Below, piece by piece: positions 7,344 to 15,078 of a stretch of 35,921 bases of DNA. The translations under genes and the position numbers were made by a program. Within the stretch, counting starts at the first letter, position 1. Each line of letters starts with the position of its first letter. Source of the stretch: a virus (taxonomy: Duplodnaviria > Caudoviricetes); IMG/VR virus record IMGVR_UViG_3300044475_000166, positions 1 to 35,921 of that record. The stretch is one strand, 5' to 3'. Under the pieces are notes generated by a model. It saw nothing but the letters and a program-made list of their open reading frames with translations. It ran no database searches and was not told the DNA's origin.

Positions 7344-8177
7344 TTAGCTTGCTTTAAGCATTTCAAATATTCTTGTGGCGCCTTCATTTTCGGAATTGCA
7401 TGTAAATATTTTAATATTGGATTTCGATGCAACCTCATCTTTAAGTAGCTCAATATTTTCTCGCATCCGAGCTAATGTTTTTAGTGAGACTTGAAGATTA
7501 TCATCCGTTGGCATTTGTATGATTAAATCGTAATTGCTAGAAATGTTGTGAGAATCAAATATCTGTAAATCCATTAAGTTTGATTTCATACGCATGATGG
7601 TTTGAGATGTGCAAACGTTAAATTTCGCAGAGTAACGAGAGGTATGAAAACCACAAGCGATTTTGACATCCTTTCCAACTGGAATTTTTACATCAAACGA
7701 ATTTTCATACGAAGGATCAATGTCTAATACTGCATTTTTGATACGCTTAGACCAACGATTATCAACTTGCTCATTTTCAATATTACTATCTTCCTGCTCA
7801 AACAAGCCTTTTAGTGCAACAGATCCAAGGCTCGCAGTTTTATAAAGTGCTTGTCGAACAATTCCTTGAATATTCTCAGATTGGGATGCATGCCATTCCC
7901 CAATAGATACACCATCAATAGTAGACTCACCATTATTCTTTAAAATGTTAGATTTTATTAGTTTGATATATCCATTAAATGATGGGGCTTTTGATCCATA
8001 CAAGCTATCAATAACTGTTGGATGCAGTGCGTCAAATATTTCAATTTTTCCGCTTAAATCCCGAGTTGTTATTAAAATAGCAATACGCTCTCCACTGTTT
8101 GGGATTGGTTCAAAATAGACAGTTTTCCATTCAGCAAAAAAATTAGGTGCAGAGGGGAATGAAATTTTATCAAACAT
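7344..8177 (-). CDS. DUF3037-like partner of the HipA-like kinase
   Basis: N-terminal WKTVYFEPIPNSGERIAILI resembles the DUF3037 motif. 1-bp gap after the kinase stop. Confidence 0.6.
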   Translation of the reverse strand: MFDKISFPSAPNFFAEWKTVYFEPIPNSGERIAILITTRDLSGKIEIFDALHPTVIDSLYGSKAPSFNGYIKLIKSNILKNNGESTIDGVSIGEWHASQSENIQGIVRQALYKTASLGSVALKGLFEQEDSNIENEQVDNRWSKRIKNAVLDIDPSYENSFDVKIPVGKDVKIACGFHTSRYSAKFNVCTSQTIMRMKSNLMDLQIFDSHNISSNYDLIIQMPTDDNLQVSLKTLARMRENIELLKDEVASKSNIKIFTCNSENEGATRIFEMLKAS

Positions 8178-8178
8178 C

Positions 8179-8997
8179 TTAACCTCCTAATAATTCCAGT
8201 TGCTGAGGGTGTTGTGGCGGCTTTATAGCATTTTCAATTAATACTGCCAATACGCTATTCCTAGCCGCTAAGAAATTTCTAACTCTTTCAATAATTGCAT
8301 TATATTCGTTGAGTATCGAATTATCCTTAACTTTTTGAGTAAGTGAATCGCAATTTTCTGCCCACATCTCGTCACTAATTGACTTCTTAATTTTCGACAT
8401 TAATTTATGAATATATACTTCATTTTCACCTTTGTAGTGTTGAACGATATCTGAAATGTTGCCAACTTTAGTCATTTCATTGAGTGGTGATCTAGGATCT
8501 TGCATTGCAGAAAAAGCTTTTTCATGATCAATGAATCTAAAGGAGTCACCATCATACAAAATATTTGCATTATTTCTATCTGGATTTGCAATTAGCTCAT
8601 CAAAAGCAACAATTGAATGCAAATCAGAATATTCTAGCAAACACTCTTCACTTAACTGGTGATCCATTAGGAATCTCTCAAATGATGGCATGTCGTACAT
8701 TTGTGAGCCAAATAGGAGTGTTGGTTTGTCTACAACAATTTGAGGATGGCCAGGCTCAACTAAAACGAGGATTGGCTTAGGAATTGGGATGTTGAGCATC
8801 AATCCTAGTAATGAGCTTATGATTTCAATACACAGTCCGTCTAGGTGACGGCACTTCTTAATATAAGCTGGAAACTCCCCTTGATTTGTAGAAACAAAAC
8901 CAGTCCATAATGGATTTGAGCCCTTATTGCTAATTTGCAAATCAATCAAAGCCGTGCCATAAAGCAAATTATCATTTATAAATTCTTCCAATATCAT
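8179..8997 (-). CDS. HipA-like (PI3K-fold) Ser/Thr kinase
   Basis: AYIKK (ATP Lys), CIEIISSLLG..LNIPIP (Glu helix), FDELIANPDRNNANIL catalytic loop, FIDHEKAF. Confidence 0.88.
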   Translation of the reverse strand: MILEEFINDNLLYGTALIDLQISNKGSNPLWTGFVSTNQGEFPAYIKKCRHLDGLCIEIISSLLGLMLNIPIPKPILVLVEPGHPQIVVDKPTLLFGSQMYDMPSFERFLMDHQLSEECLLEYSDLHSIVAFDELIANPDRNNANILYDGDSFRFIDHEKAFSAMQDPRSPLNEMTKVGNISDIVQHYKGENEVYIHKLMSKIKKSISDEMWAENCDSLTQKVKDNSILNEYNAIIERVRNFLAARNSVLAVLIENAIKPPQHPQQLELLGG

Positions 8998-9069
8998 GCA
9001 ATACCCCCTTTATTTTTATAGCTACTAATTAGATTGTTATTGGATTAGCAGCATAAACTTCTAATTTTG

Positions 9070-9765
9070 TTATTTATTAAAACTTCTTAAGTGTTCAACC
9101 ACCACGCCAATAATACGGATCTCTTGTTGAGTTGAGTTCAATGTTGGAAAGTCGGGGTTTAGAGGTACTAACTCAAAAGTTTCTCGCCCATGTTCATCAT
9201 ATCCAATAGCACGATATTTCTTAAAAGTAGCCTCATGACTGCCGTTCTGAGCAATCACGAAACATCCTGGGTAAGGAGGTAAGGATGCATCAACAACCAG
9301 CTTGTCACCTGGATTAAATTCAGGAGTCATGCTTAAGCCAGATACCTCTAATGAAAATACGCATTCAGGTTTTGCATTCTGATAAGTAGTATAAGTCTCA
9401 CTCTTAGGATTAAGACCATCATAACCAACATCATGAAACAAGCCTGCCTGAACAAAGTCTAATACGGGAATTTTGCGTAATGGTGATGTATCAATACGGA
9501 CATTACTGAAGCTTGATTCTGGAGTTGCTTGAGAAGTTATATCTTCTGCCTTATCTAGTAGCCCATCTTCTAGGCCAATCTTTTTTTCAAGATTTCTTGC
9601 TGCACGCTCACCAAAACTCCCATGCCCATTAATTAGCTGAGATATATGGCTAGGGTTTAAATCAAAGTGCTCACAGAAAGCAACATCAGATCTCAAACCT
9701 AATTTTTTGTTAGCGGCATCTATAGCTGTGCGCAAGTTTCTGCGTCTTAAAGTGATTTTATCCAT
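9070..9765 (-). CDS. cI: CI-like repressor (HTH + S24 autopeptidase)
   Basis: HTH (SHISQLI..FGERAARNLE), VQAG cleavage site, V.GLSM.PEF..GD (Ser), ATFKKY (Lys). Confidence 0.95.
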   Translation of the reverse strand: MDKITLRRRNLRTAIDAANKKLGLRSDVAFCEHFDLNPSHISQLINGHGSFGERAARNLEKKIGLEDGLLDKAEDITSQATPESSFSNVRIDTSPLRKIPVLDFVQAGLFHDVGYDGLNPKSETYTTYQNAKPECVFSLEVSGLSMTPEFNPGDKLVVDASLPPYPGCFVIAQNGSHEATFKKYRAIGYDEHGRETFELVPLNPDFPTLNSTQQEIRIIGVVVEHLRSFNK

Positions 9766-9767
9766 AT

Positions 9768-9860
9768 TTAGTATTTCATATAGTTTTTAGTAAAAAGTAA
9801 ATTCGTAATCACTAAAGATTTATTGACAGGATTAGTAATAAAAATTAGTATTTACTAAAT
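9768..9860 (+). promoter_or_regulatory. OR operators and PR promoter
   Basis: TTGACA (9823-9828)-17 bp-TAGTAT (9846-9851). ATTAGTATTTACTAAA at 9844-9859, variants near 9768, 9786, 9801 and 9831. Confidence 0.85.
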
Positions 9861-9881
9861 ATATTTATTAAGGAGATTTAC

Positions 9882-10130
9882 ATGTCTTCCTCTAATGTCG
9901 AGCAACTCAAAATTTATCTCTTAGGGCTTACACCTGAAGGGCGTAAGGAATTCGCAAAAGAATGCCTAACAACGGTTGGAAATCTCCAACAAATTATCTA
10001 TGTGAATAAGAAGTGCGGTGCACCATTAGCAATCCGGATAGATAAAGCCAGCAAAGGCAAGGTGCCATGCGACTCATTGTGTCCTGAAGCAGATTTTGAC
10101 TATCTGAGAAATCAACCTGTATCAGCCTAA
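9882..10130 (+). CDS. cro: Cro-like repressor (YdaS-like)
   Basis: Divergent from cI. FAKECLTTVGNLQQI HTH, I...S.G.V....L.P. AAGGAG RBS. Confidence 0.88.
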   Translation: MSSSNVEQLKIYLLGLTPEGRKEFAKECLTTVGNLQQIIYVNKKCGAPLAIRIDKASKGKVPCDSLCPEADFDYLRNQPVSA

Positions 10131-10187
10131 CCAATTATGTTTCGGTCAATGTTTTAAAGAAACGTGAAATAAAACAAGGATTTCACA

Positions 10188-10688
10188 ATGCAAGAAATAT
10201 CTCTGAGCAGTGAAGCGCAAACAGCACTTTTTAAAATGATACACCAGACCAAAGGTATCACCCCGAAGGAGATCGCTCAGGTTACTGGTGACTCGCATAA
10301 CACAATTTGCAATTACGGCAACGTAAGAATGCCAAATCACTTACCAAGCTTAAAGAAGCTCGAAACTATCATGATGTTCACGCAAAGCCCTGAACTTCTA
10401 AAAGTGTGGGCGCACCAATTGGGCTATGCATTGGTTCCAGTGAATTGCGATCCAAGCAAGCATCATGAATTGTCAATTTTTGAGGCAATGATGCAGCACA
10501 ACATTAAAAGTGGAAAGGCTAACCATGTTGTGTATGAGGCTTATGAGGATGGGGTGATTACACCTGCTGAGTACGAAGAGATCCATCAACTCACTCAGGG
10601 TTTAACAGAACTGATTGCTGCAGTTGATCAGGCAGCACTTAAACAAATGAAGAAATACACGGCAAATTTTGAAAAAGAAAAAGCCTGA
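10188..10688 (+). CDS. CII-like phage regulatory protein
   Basis: Follows cro. N-terminal HTH and C-terminal A.EDGVITPAE motif. Confidence 0.8.
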   Translation: MQEISLSSEAQTALFKMIHQTKGITPKEIAQVTGDSHNTICNYGNVRMPNHLPSLKKLETIMMFTQSPELLKVWAHQLGYALVPVNCDPSKHHELSIFEAMMQHNIKSGKANHVVYEAYEDGVITPAEYEEIHQLTQGLTELIAAVDQAALKQMKKYTANFEKEKA

Positions 10689-10708
10689 TCTCGAACATCA
10701 GGCTTTTT
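10678..10708. terminator. Bidirectional hairpin at the cII stop
   Basis: AAAAAGCCTGAT-loop-ATCAGGCTTTTT. Confidence 0.7.
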
Positions 10709-10737
10709 GCGCTTATTCAAAACTTTGGAGGATCAAA

Positions 10738-11001
10738 TTGAATAATACAAATTTAGCACAACAAGTAATTGAGCACAATGAAGATTTTTTAATCGGGGAT
10801 GTTGTTGTACTTGAGGGTATTCCACTTGATTTTGATGCCCTTTATCACGTGACAGAGGTCTATGAAAACACAGTGGATGTTTTTATTGGCATGGGAATTT
10901 TGACAATAAATAAAAGATTTGTCCGTAGTGCTTCAACCACGGAACTTATGACAAAACGCCGTCTAACCGAAGCTGAACACTCATTAGCGGAGGTTCCATG
11001 A
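10738..11001 (+). CDS. Hypothetical protein (probable TTG start)
   Basis: GGAGG upstream of in-frame TTG 10738. ATGA overlap with the next gene. Confidence 0.65.
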   Translation: MNNTNLAQQVIEHNEDFLIGDVVVLEGIPLDFDALYHVTEVYENTVDVFIGMGILTINKRFVRSASTTELMTKRRLTEAEHSLAEVP

Positions 11002-11306
11002 TTACCAACAAGGCACTTAAGAAACAACCTGAGTATAAACACGCTCAAGGTGTTCAGTCATGGTATGAGCCAGCGCTTCGTACATTAGAGGGTTTACTGG
11101 ATATCCGAAAAGCCAACTTACGCACAATTAACCGAGACGAATCCAATGCAGCGGTTATGCGTGATGAATTAATAGAAATGCTGATGACTGAACATCGAAT
11201 CTCGGCTTGGTATGCAGGAGAGATCATCGCAAGCCTGTTACGTGCCGAGCGAATCATAATGTTTGGTCGCTTTATACAGATTATTGAAAAGGAAGGTGAA
11301 GCGTGA
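10998..11306 (+). CDS. Phage hypothetical protein
   Basis: 4-bp overlaps at both ends. Confidence 0.7.
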   Translation: MITNKALKKQPEYKHAQGVQSWYEPALRTLEGLLDIRKANLRTINRDESNAAVMRDELIEMLMTEHRISAWYAGEIIASLLRAERIIMFGRFIQIIEKEGEA

Positions 11307-12256
11307 GCCTAGATGCAACCAAATGGGCATGGGGTGTTCAATTTCCTGATCGCAAAAATGGCAGTTTAAAACCACTAAAACGATTAGTGCTTTTGTCACT
11401 TGCTGATCGTGCTGGAGAAGACCACACCTGTTACCCAAGTGTTAACCGTTTAAAAGACGACACCACACTTGACCGTAAAACCGTATTGAAGATTATTGCT
11501 GAACTTATTGAAGATGGCTTAATTCAAGATACAGGGGAGCGTAAAGGAGCAACCAAACAAGTTAAGGTTTACCGCTTGTGTGGTGTTTCTGGACGAGAAA
11601 ATAAAACAGTCCCAACAACGGAACACTTTAATCAGGAAAGCCCCGATTTAAACAGTCCCAATAATGGAACAGTACCAACAACGGAACAGTTCCATTGTTC
11701 CCTTGAAACAGTCCCAACAATCCCACCTAACAGTCCCAACAATGGGACACGGAATCTACCAAAGAATCTTCCAGATGAATCTAAAAATAAAAAAGATTGG
11801 CTTTGCTTCAAAAAACTTCGAGAAGAAATTTCTTTGGCCGATGACAGCATCGATCCAAAAACCATCCTGACAGCGAAATGGGCTGAACGGGAAAAACGAG
11901 CATTCGAGATTTACAACCAAGACAAATCCCTATGCGATGAACTCATGAACTTCCACTTTGCCGATTGGTTGCTGAACGCATATCGCAATAAGTACTCCCA
12001 AGAGACCAAAGCGGGATATGGCAAAACATCTGCAGCGAATAACCCAAAACACCTGACTGAAAAACAGATAGCCACTTTCGCACAGAAACTTGCTCACCAT
12101 CCTGAGTTTTCAAGCAAGTACAGCGAACCAGGAGAGTCCTTTGAAAAACTCGCAGCACGCATCGCCGTAAAACTCGAAGATCCAACCCAAGCCAAAAAAT
12201 GGGAGTCCTACCTGAAACAGGTTGGCTTTAGTGGCAACTTACTGGAGGTGGCGTAA
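11303..12256 (+). CDS. Replication initiator (O-like, N-terminal wHTH)
   Basis: RLVLLSLADRA....CYPSV..L...T.L.RKTV...I..L...GLI. Contains iterons. Confidence 0.88.
   Translation: MSLDATKWAWGVQFPDRKNGSLKPLKRLVLLSLADRAGEDHTCYPSVNRLKDDTTLDRKTVLKIIAELIEDGLIQDTGERKGATKQVKVYRLCGVSGRENKTVPTTEHFNQESPDLNSPNNGTVPTTEQFHCSLETVPTIPPNSPNNGTRNLPKNLPDESKNKKDWLCFKKLREEISLADDSIDPKTILTAKWAEREKRAFEIYNQDKSLCDELMNFHFADWLLNAYRNKYSQETKAGYGKTSAANNPKHLTEKQIATFAQKLAHHPEFSSKYSEPGESFEKLAARIAVKLEDPTQAKKWESYLKQVGFSGNLLEVA
11605..11745. repeat. Iteron cluster (phage replication origin)
   Basis: AACAGTCCCAAYAAYGG-like units at 11605, 11651, 11668, 11685 (partial), 11707 and 11729, followed by an A-rich tract. Confidence 0.85.
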
Positions 12257-12258
12257 AG

Positions 12259-12471
12259 GTGGCTGATTTAAAGATTGGGGACCTGGTTACTCCAGATAAA
12301 GATGCATTCAAGCAAGCCAGTTGGAATCCGCAAGGTGAGCTGAGAGTCGTAGCTATTAAGCGAGGTAGTCGATCAGGAGTAATAATGATTAAGGCAAAAG
12401 ATGAGCGTGGTTATAGCTACACAGGTATAGAGAGTTGTTTTGAAAAGGTAGGAGCGGGTAGTTCTAAATGA
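12259..12471 (+). CDS. Small hypothetical protein (beta-rich)
   Basis: Packed between the initiator and DUF1064. Confidence 0.6.
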   Translation: MADLKIGDLVTPDKDAFKQASWNPQGELRVVAIKRGSRSGVIMIKAKDERGYSYTGIESCFEKVGAGSSK

Positions 12472-12881
12472 GTTCAATCAGCATTGCCCAGTACCGTGAA
12501 ATGTTTCCAAAACCAAAGCAATTGAAAGGCAATGGAAAGGGAAATAAGTTTAAAGCAGAAAAAGTCGAATTAGATGGAATGACCTTTGATAGCAAAAAGG
12601 AGCATCGGCGCTACATTGAACTTAAGGCAATGCAACAACGTGGTGAGATCCGAGATCTAAAGCACCATACCAAATTTGAATTGGCACCAAAGACAAAAAT
12701 TGAAGGGGAGAAAAGGGCAAAACCAGCTTTGAGATATTTTGCTGATTTCACGTATTACCACAGTACTGGAGAGTTTGTAGTGGAGGATGTGAAGTCAGTA
12801 GCGACAAGAAAATTAGCGAGTTATCGCAACAAGAAACACTTGATGAAGGCAGTTCACGGCATAGATGTAAGAGAGGTATAG
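12468..12881 (+). CDS. DUF1064-family PD-(D/E)XK nuclease-like protein
   Basis: NKFKA.KVE.DG.TFDSKKE..RY..L, Y.ADFTY, VVEDVKS. Confidence 0.85.
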   Translation: MSSISIAQYREMFPKPKQLKGNGKGNKFKAEKVELDGMTFDSKKEHRRYIELKAMQQRGEIRDLKHHTKFELAPKTKIEGEKRAKPALRYFADFTYYHSTGEFVVEDVKSVATRKLASYRNKKHLMKAVHGIDVREV

Positions 12882-12884
12882 GGG

Positions 12885-13325
12885 ATGAATTTAGCGGTTA
12901 AGGCACAAACGATGGATTGGTCTAAATATAATATTGATGGCTGGTTGGAGCAGTTTGGGGCTTGGTGTGAGACTGTTCGCATGAAAGGTGGTGGCTTACC
13001 AGATGGATTGCATGTGAATCAGATCTATTGGTTAATACAAGAAGCAGACAAAACACCTCGCAAGAGTAAGTCACATATTACGTGTGAGATTAGTAATTAT
13101 GAGGCGGATCATGTTCAGGATCTATTAAGAGGGATCTTTAAGTCTGATGAGGTTGATTATCAAGCCAAATATGCTGTGATGTGTCTTGTAAAGCATAAGG
13201 TAGAAAATCGAAGCTTAGGTGCAGTAGCATCACTTATAAATCAATCTAAAGGGCAAGTGAATATTATGGTTGGTTGTGCTAGATTCTTTTTAATTGGGCG
13301 ATATAGTTTTCTAACAACAGGGTAA
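12885..13325 (+). CDS. Late antiterminator Q-like protein
   Basis: WLEQFGAW N-terminus, C-terminal HTH, position before a pR'/terminator unit. Confidence 0.65.
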   Translation: MNLAVKAQTMDWSKYNIDGWLEQFGAWCETVRMKGGGLPDGLHVNQIYWLIQEADKTPRKSKSHITCEISNYEADHVQDLLRGIFKSDEVDYQAKYAVMCLVKHKVENRSLGAVASLINQSKGQVNIMVGCARFFLIGRYSFLTTG

Positions 13326-13329
13326 AAAG

Positions 13330-13707
13330 ATGCAAGAAATTTGGGAATTTAATTATAAGGATGGTTGGATTGAAGGGGAAAATTTCATTGATGAATATTT
13401 AGCGATTAATGATTCCCAAGATATTGGATTTGCAATTTTCAATCTTGGTTATCGTGATGGTTTTGGTACATATCAAATTGATGACTCAACATTAGGAAAT
13501 CCGATACAAATGTATGTACTTACTATTGAATCAACCCTTCCTAAATATTTAGTTGAATTTTGCCCTACAGGGGGTGATATAAGTTATTTCAGTGCTCGTA
13601 ATATGCCAAGTTTAATTGAGCTTTTAAATAAATTAGCACCACTTGCTCAAGCAGTAAAAGTTTGTGAACAGATTGAAGATCAATTCTCATTCAAACATTC
13701 AGCATAA
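13330..13707 (+). CDS. Acidic hypothetical protein between Q and pR'
   Basis: 125 aa, AT-rich, starts 4 bp after the Q stop. Confidence 0.7.
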   Translation: MQEIWEFNYKDGWIEGENFIDEYLAINDSQDIGFAIFNLGYRDGFGTYQIDDSTLGNPIQMYVLTIESTLPKYLVEFCPTGGDISYFSARNMPSLIELLNKLAPLAQAVKVCEQIEDQFSFKHSA

Positions 13708-13714
13708 TCCAGTA

Positions 13715-13754
13715 TTGACCGTTTAAACGCAATATGGCATATTTCTGCTATAGT
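13715..13754 (+). promoter_or_regulatory. pR'-like late promoter with downstream -10-like element
   Basis: TTGACC-17 bp-CATATT, then TATAGT at 13749-13754, then a terminator. Confidence 0.65.
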
Positions 13755-13790
13755 GGACGAAGTTATAGTGATTCACTAAATATCTTAAAG

Positions 13791-13814
13791 GCTCATCGAA
13801 AGGTGGGCTTTTTT
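13791..13814 (+). terminator. tR'-like terminator (repeat copy 1)
   Basis: GCTCATC-GAAA-GGTGGGC-TTTTTT. Confidence 0.8.
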
Positions 13815-13891
13815 CATAATAAATATTGGTCAATATTTTATTTATATAATAGAATTGTAAACTATTGTAATTAAACTGAATTGACATAATT

Positions 13892-14293
13892 ATGTTAAAA
13901 ATAGTCTTTGCTTTATTAATGCTAGGTTTTTTTTCCGCGAAAGCGAATGCAGAATGGGAAAGTGTAGGTTCTACAAATGAAAACATTTACCTTATAGACC
14001 CTGATAAAATCCGAACAGCATCGGAATATGGTGGTAAGTCTTATTTAAAAGTTTGGGTTAAAAAAATTATTTATAATGATATTACTAAAGACGGATTTTC
14101 TGTAGGTGATTACGGGATTGATTTATGGCATATAGATTGTAATGCTTTAACTTCGGGCATGAGGTCTTACGCAGAATATAAAAAGAATGGTAGCTTAGTA
14201 AATTCGCACCAATTTTCTTATGTGGAAATGAAAGATGTTATCCCTAGCTCTATTGGAGAAGCTATTCTAGAAAAAGCATGTCAATATCAGTAA
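13892..14293 (+). CDS. Secreted protein, surface-adhesin-E-like
   Basis: Signal peptide ending ANA-EW. YLIDPDKI, VWVK, IDC, VIP.SIGE.IL..AC pattern. Confidence 0.7.
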   Translation: MLKIVFALLMLGFFSAKANAEWESVGSTNENIYLIDPDKIRTASEYGGKSYLKVWVKKIIYNDITKDGFSVGDYGIDLWHIDCNALTSGMRSYAEYKKNGSLVNSHQFSYVEMKDVIPSSIGEAILEKACQYQ

Positions 14294-14314
14294 ATGAAGA
14301 AGTAATTGTTAGAA

Positions 14315-14338
14315 GCTCATCAAAAGATGGGCTTTTTT
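14315..14338 (+). terminator. Terminator (repeat copy 2)
   Basis: GCTCATC-AAAA-GATGGGC-TTTTTT. Confidence 0.8.
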
Positions 14339-14411
14339 GTTGTCAAAGCAGAGACATCTTTTTAAACACGATGTAGATTAGACTAACTAAAATTTAAGAA
14401 TAGAGTAGCCC

Positions 14412-14738
14412 ATGGATCATCAGAGGTTGGAAGAAAAATATAATGACTTTATTAATAGTAAACACTATCAGCAAGCTGATGTGAGTCCAAAGTACTTCCA
14501 AAAAAATGCAAATCTATCTCGATTGGCTATTATGGCTGACAATATGGTTTGCAATATGTTATTTCTCAAAAATTATTTTGAATTAGCTCGACCAAATGAT
14601 GAGGAAGCTCGAACAGCTAGTAATTATGTGATTCTTGCGAATGGTGCTGAAATAATTCTCAATGTAAATGAGGCTCCCAATTTTAGAGATAAAGAAGATT
14701 ATCTAGATTGGTTTTATTCAAAGTTGAATACGCCTTAA
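14412..14738 (+). CDS. Hypothetical cytoplasmic cargo protein
   Basis: 108 aa, AGAG RBS, bounded by terminators. Confidence 0.7.
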   Translation: MDHQRLEEKYNDFINSKHYQQADVSPKYFQKNANLSRLAIMADNMVCNMLFLKNYFELARPNDEEARTASNYVILANGAEIILNVNEAPNFRDKEDYLDWFYSKLNTP

Positions 14739-14745
14739 ATAAAGA

Positions 14746-14769
14746 GCTCATCAAACTGATGGGCTTTTT
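14746..14769 (+). terminator. Terminator (repeat copy 3)
   Basis: GCTCATC-AAACT-GATGGGC-TTTTT. Confidence 0.8.
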
Positions 14770-14854
14770 GCATTCTGAAATATTAAATTTTTATGAATAT
14801 GTATTTTAGATGCATTTGGTATTGCAATCTGTTCAGGTTTTCTGCAATATTCGC

Positions 14855-14930
14855 GTCAGATTTAGTAGATAGTTCCCTGACTAATCTTTTAGATTTTAAT
14901 AGCCTACAATATAATTTGTGGGTTTTTTTT
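14855..14930 (+). ncRNA. Candidate ~75-nt small RNA
   Basis: TTGCAA-17 bp-CAATAT promoter (14822-14850), a stem-loop, and terminator AGCCTACAA..TTGTGGGTT-T run. No ORF. Confidence 0.35.
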
Positions 14931-15078
14931 ATGGCGGCACTCTTATTCCTAGTGGTTTAAGTTGAATGCCGCCACCTAATTTCAAGCTTGGTCAAATGAT
15001 CGGGCTTTTTGTTTGTGGTTTATCCAAATCATAGGAAATAAGCTAATGTAGTTAATTTGGCAAATACTACTAATTCTT

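Noticed and set aside
11605-11745. Repeat cluster as a mini-CRISPR or DGR repeat
   Set aside because: In-frame within the initiator, irregular short spacing, no cas or RT gene. These are iterons.
13723-13986. Minus-strand 87-aa ORF
   Set aside because: Crosses the pR' promoter and terminator and is antisense to a signal-peptide gene.
13791-14769. Repeated TCATC...GATG hairpins as a CRISPR array or repeat mimics (they resemble the stem of an Acinetobacter type I-F repeat as I recall it)
   Set aside because: Spacing is 430-520 bp, the GTTC and TTAGAAA ends are missing, and each is followed by a T run after a stop codon, so they read as terminators.
14929-14975. ATGGCGGCA resembling the 5' half of another I-F repeat recalled from memory
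   Set aside because: Only ~9 nt match and the 3' half is absent.
13750-15070. tRNA genes, common after Q in lambdoid phages
   Set aside because: No cloverleaf or GTTCRANTC T-loop found by eye. tRNAscan-SE would settle it.
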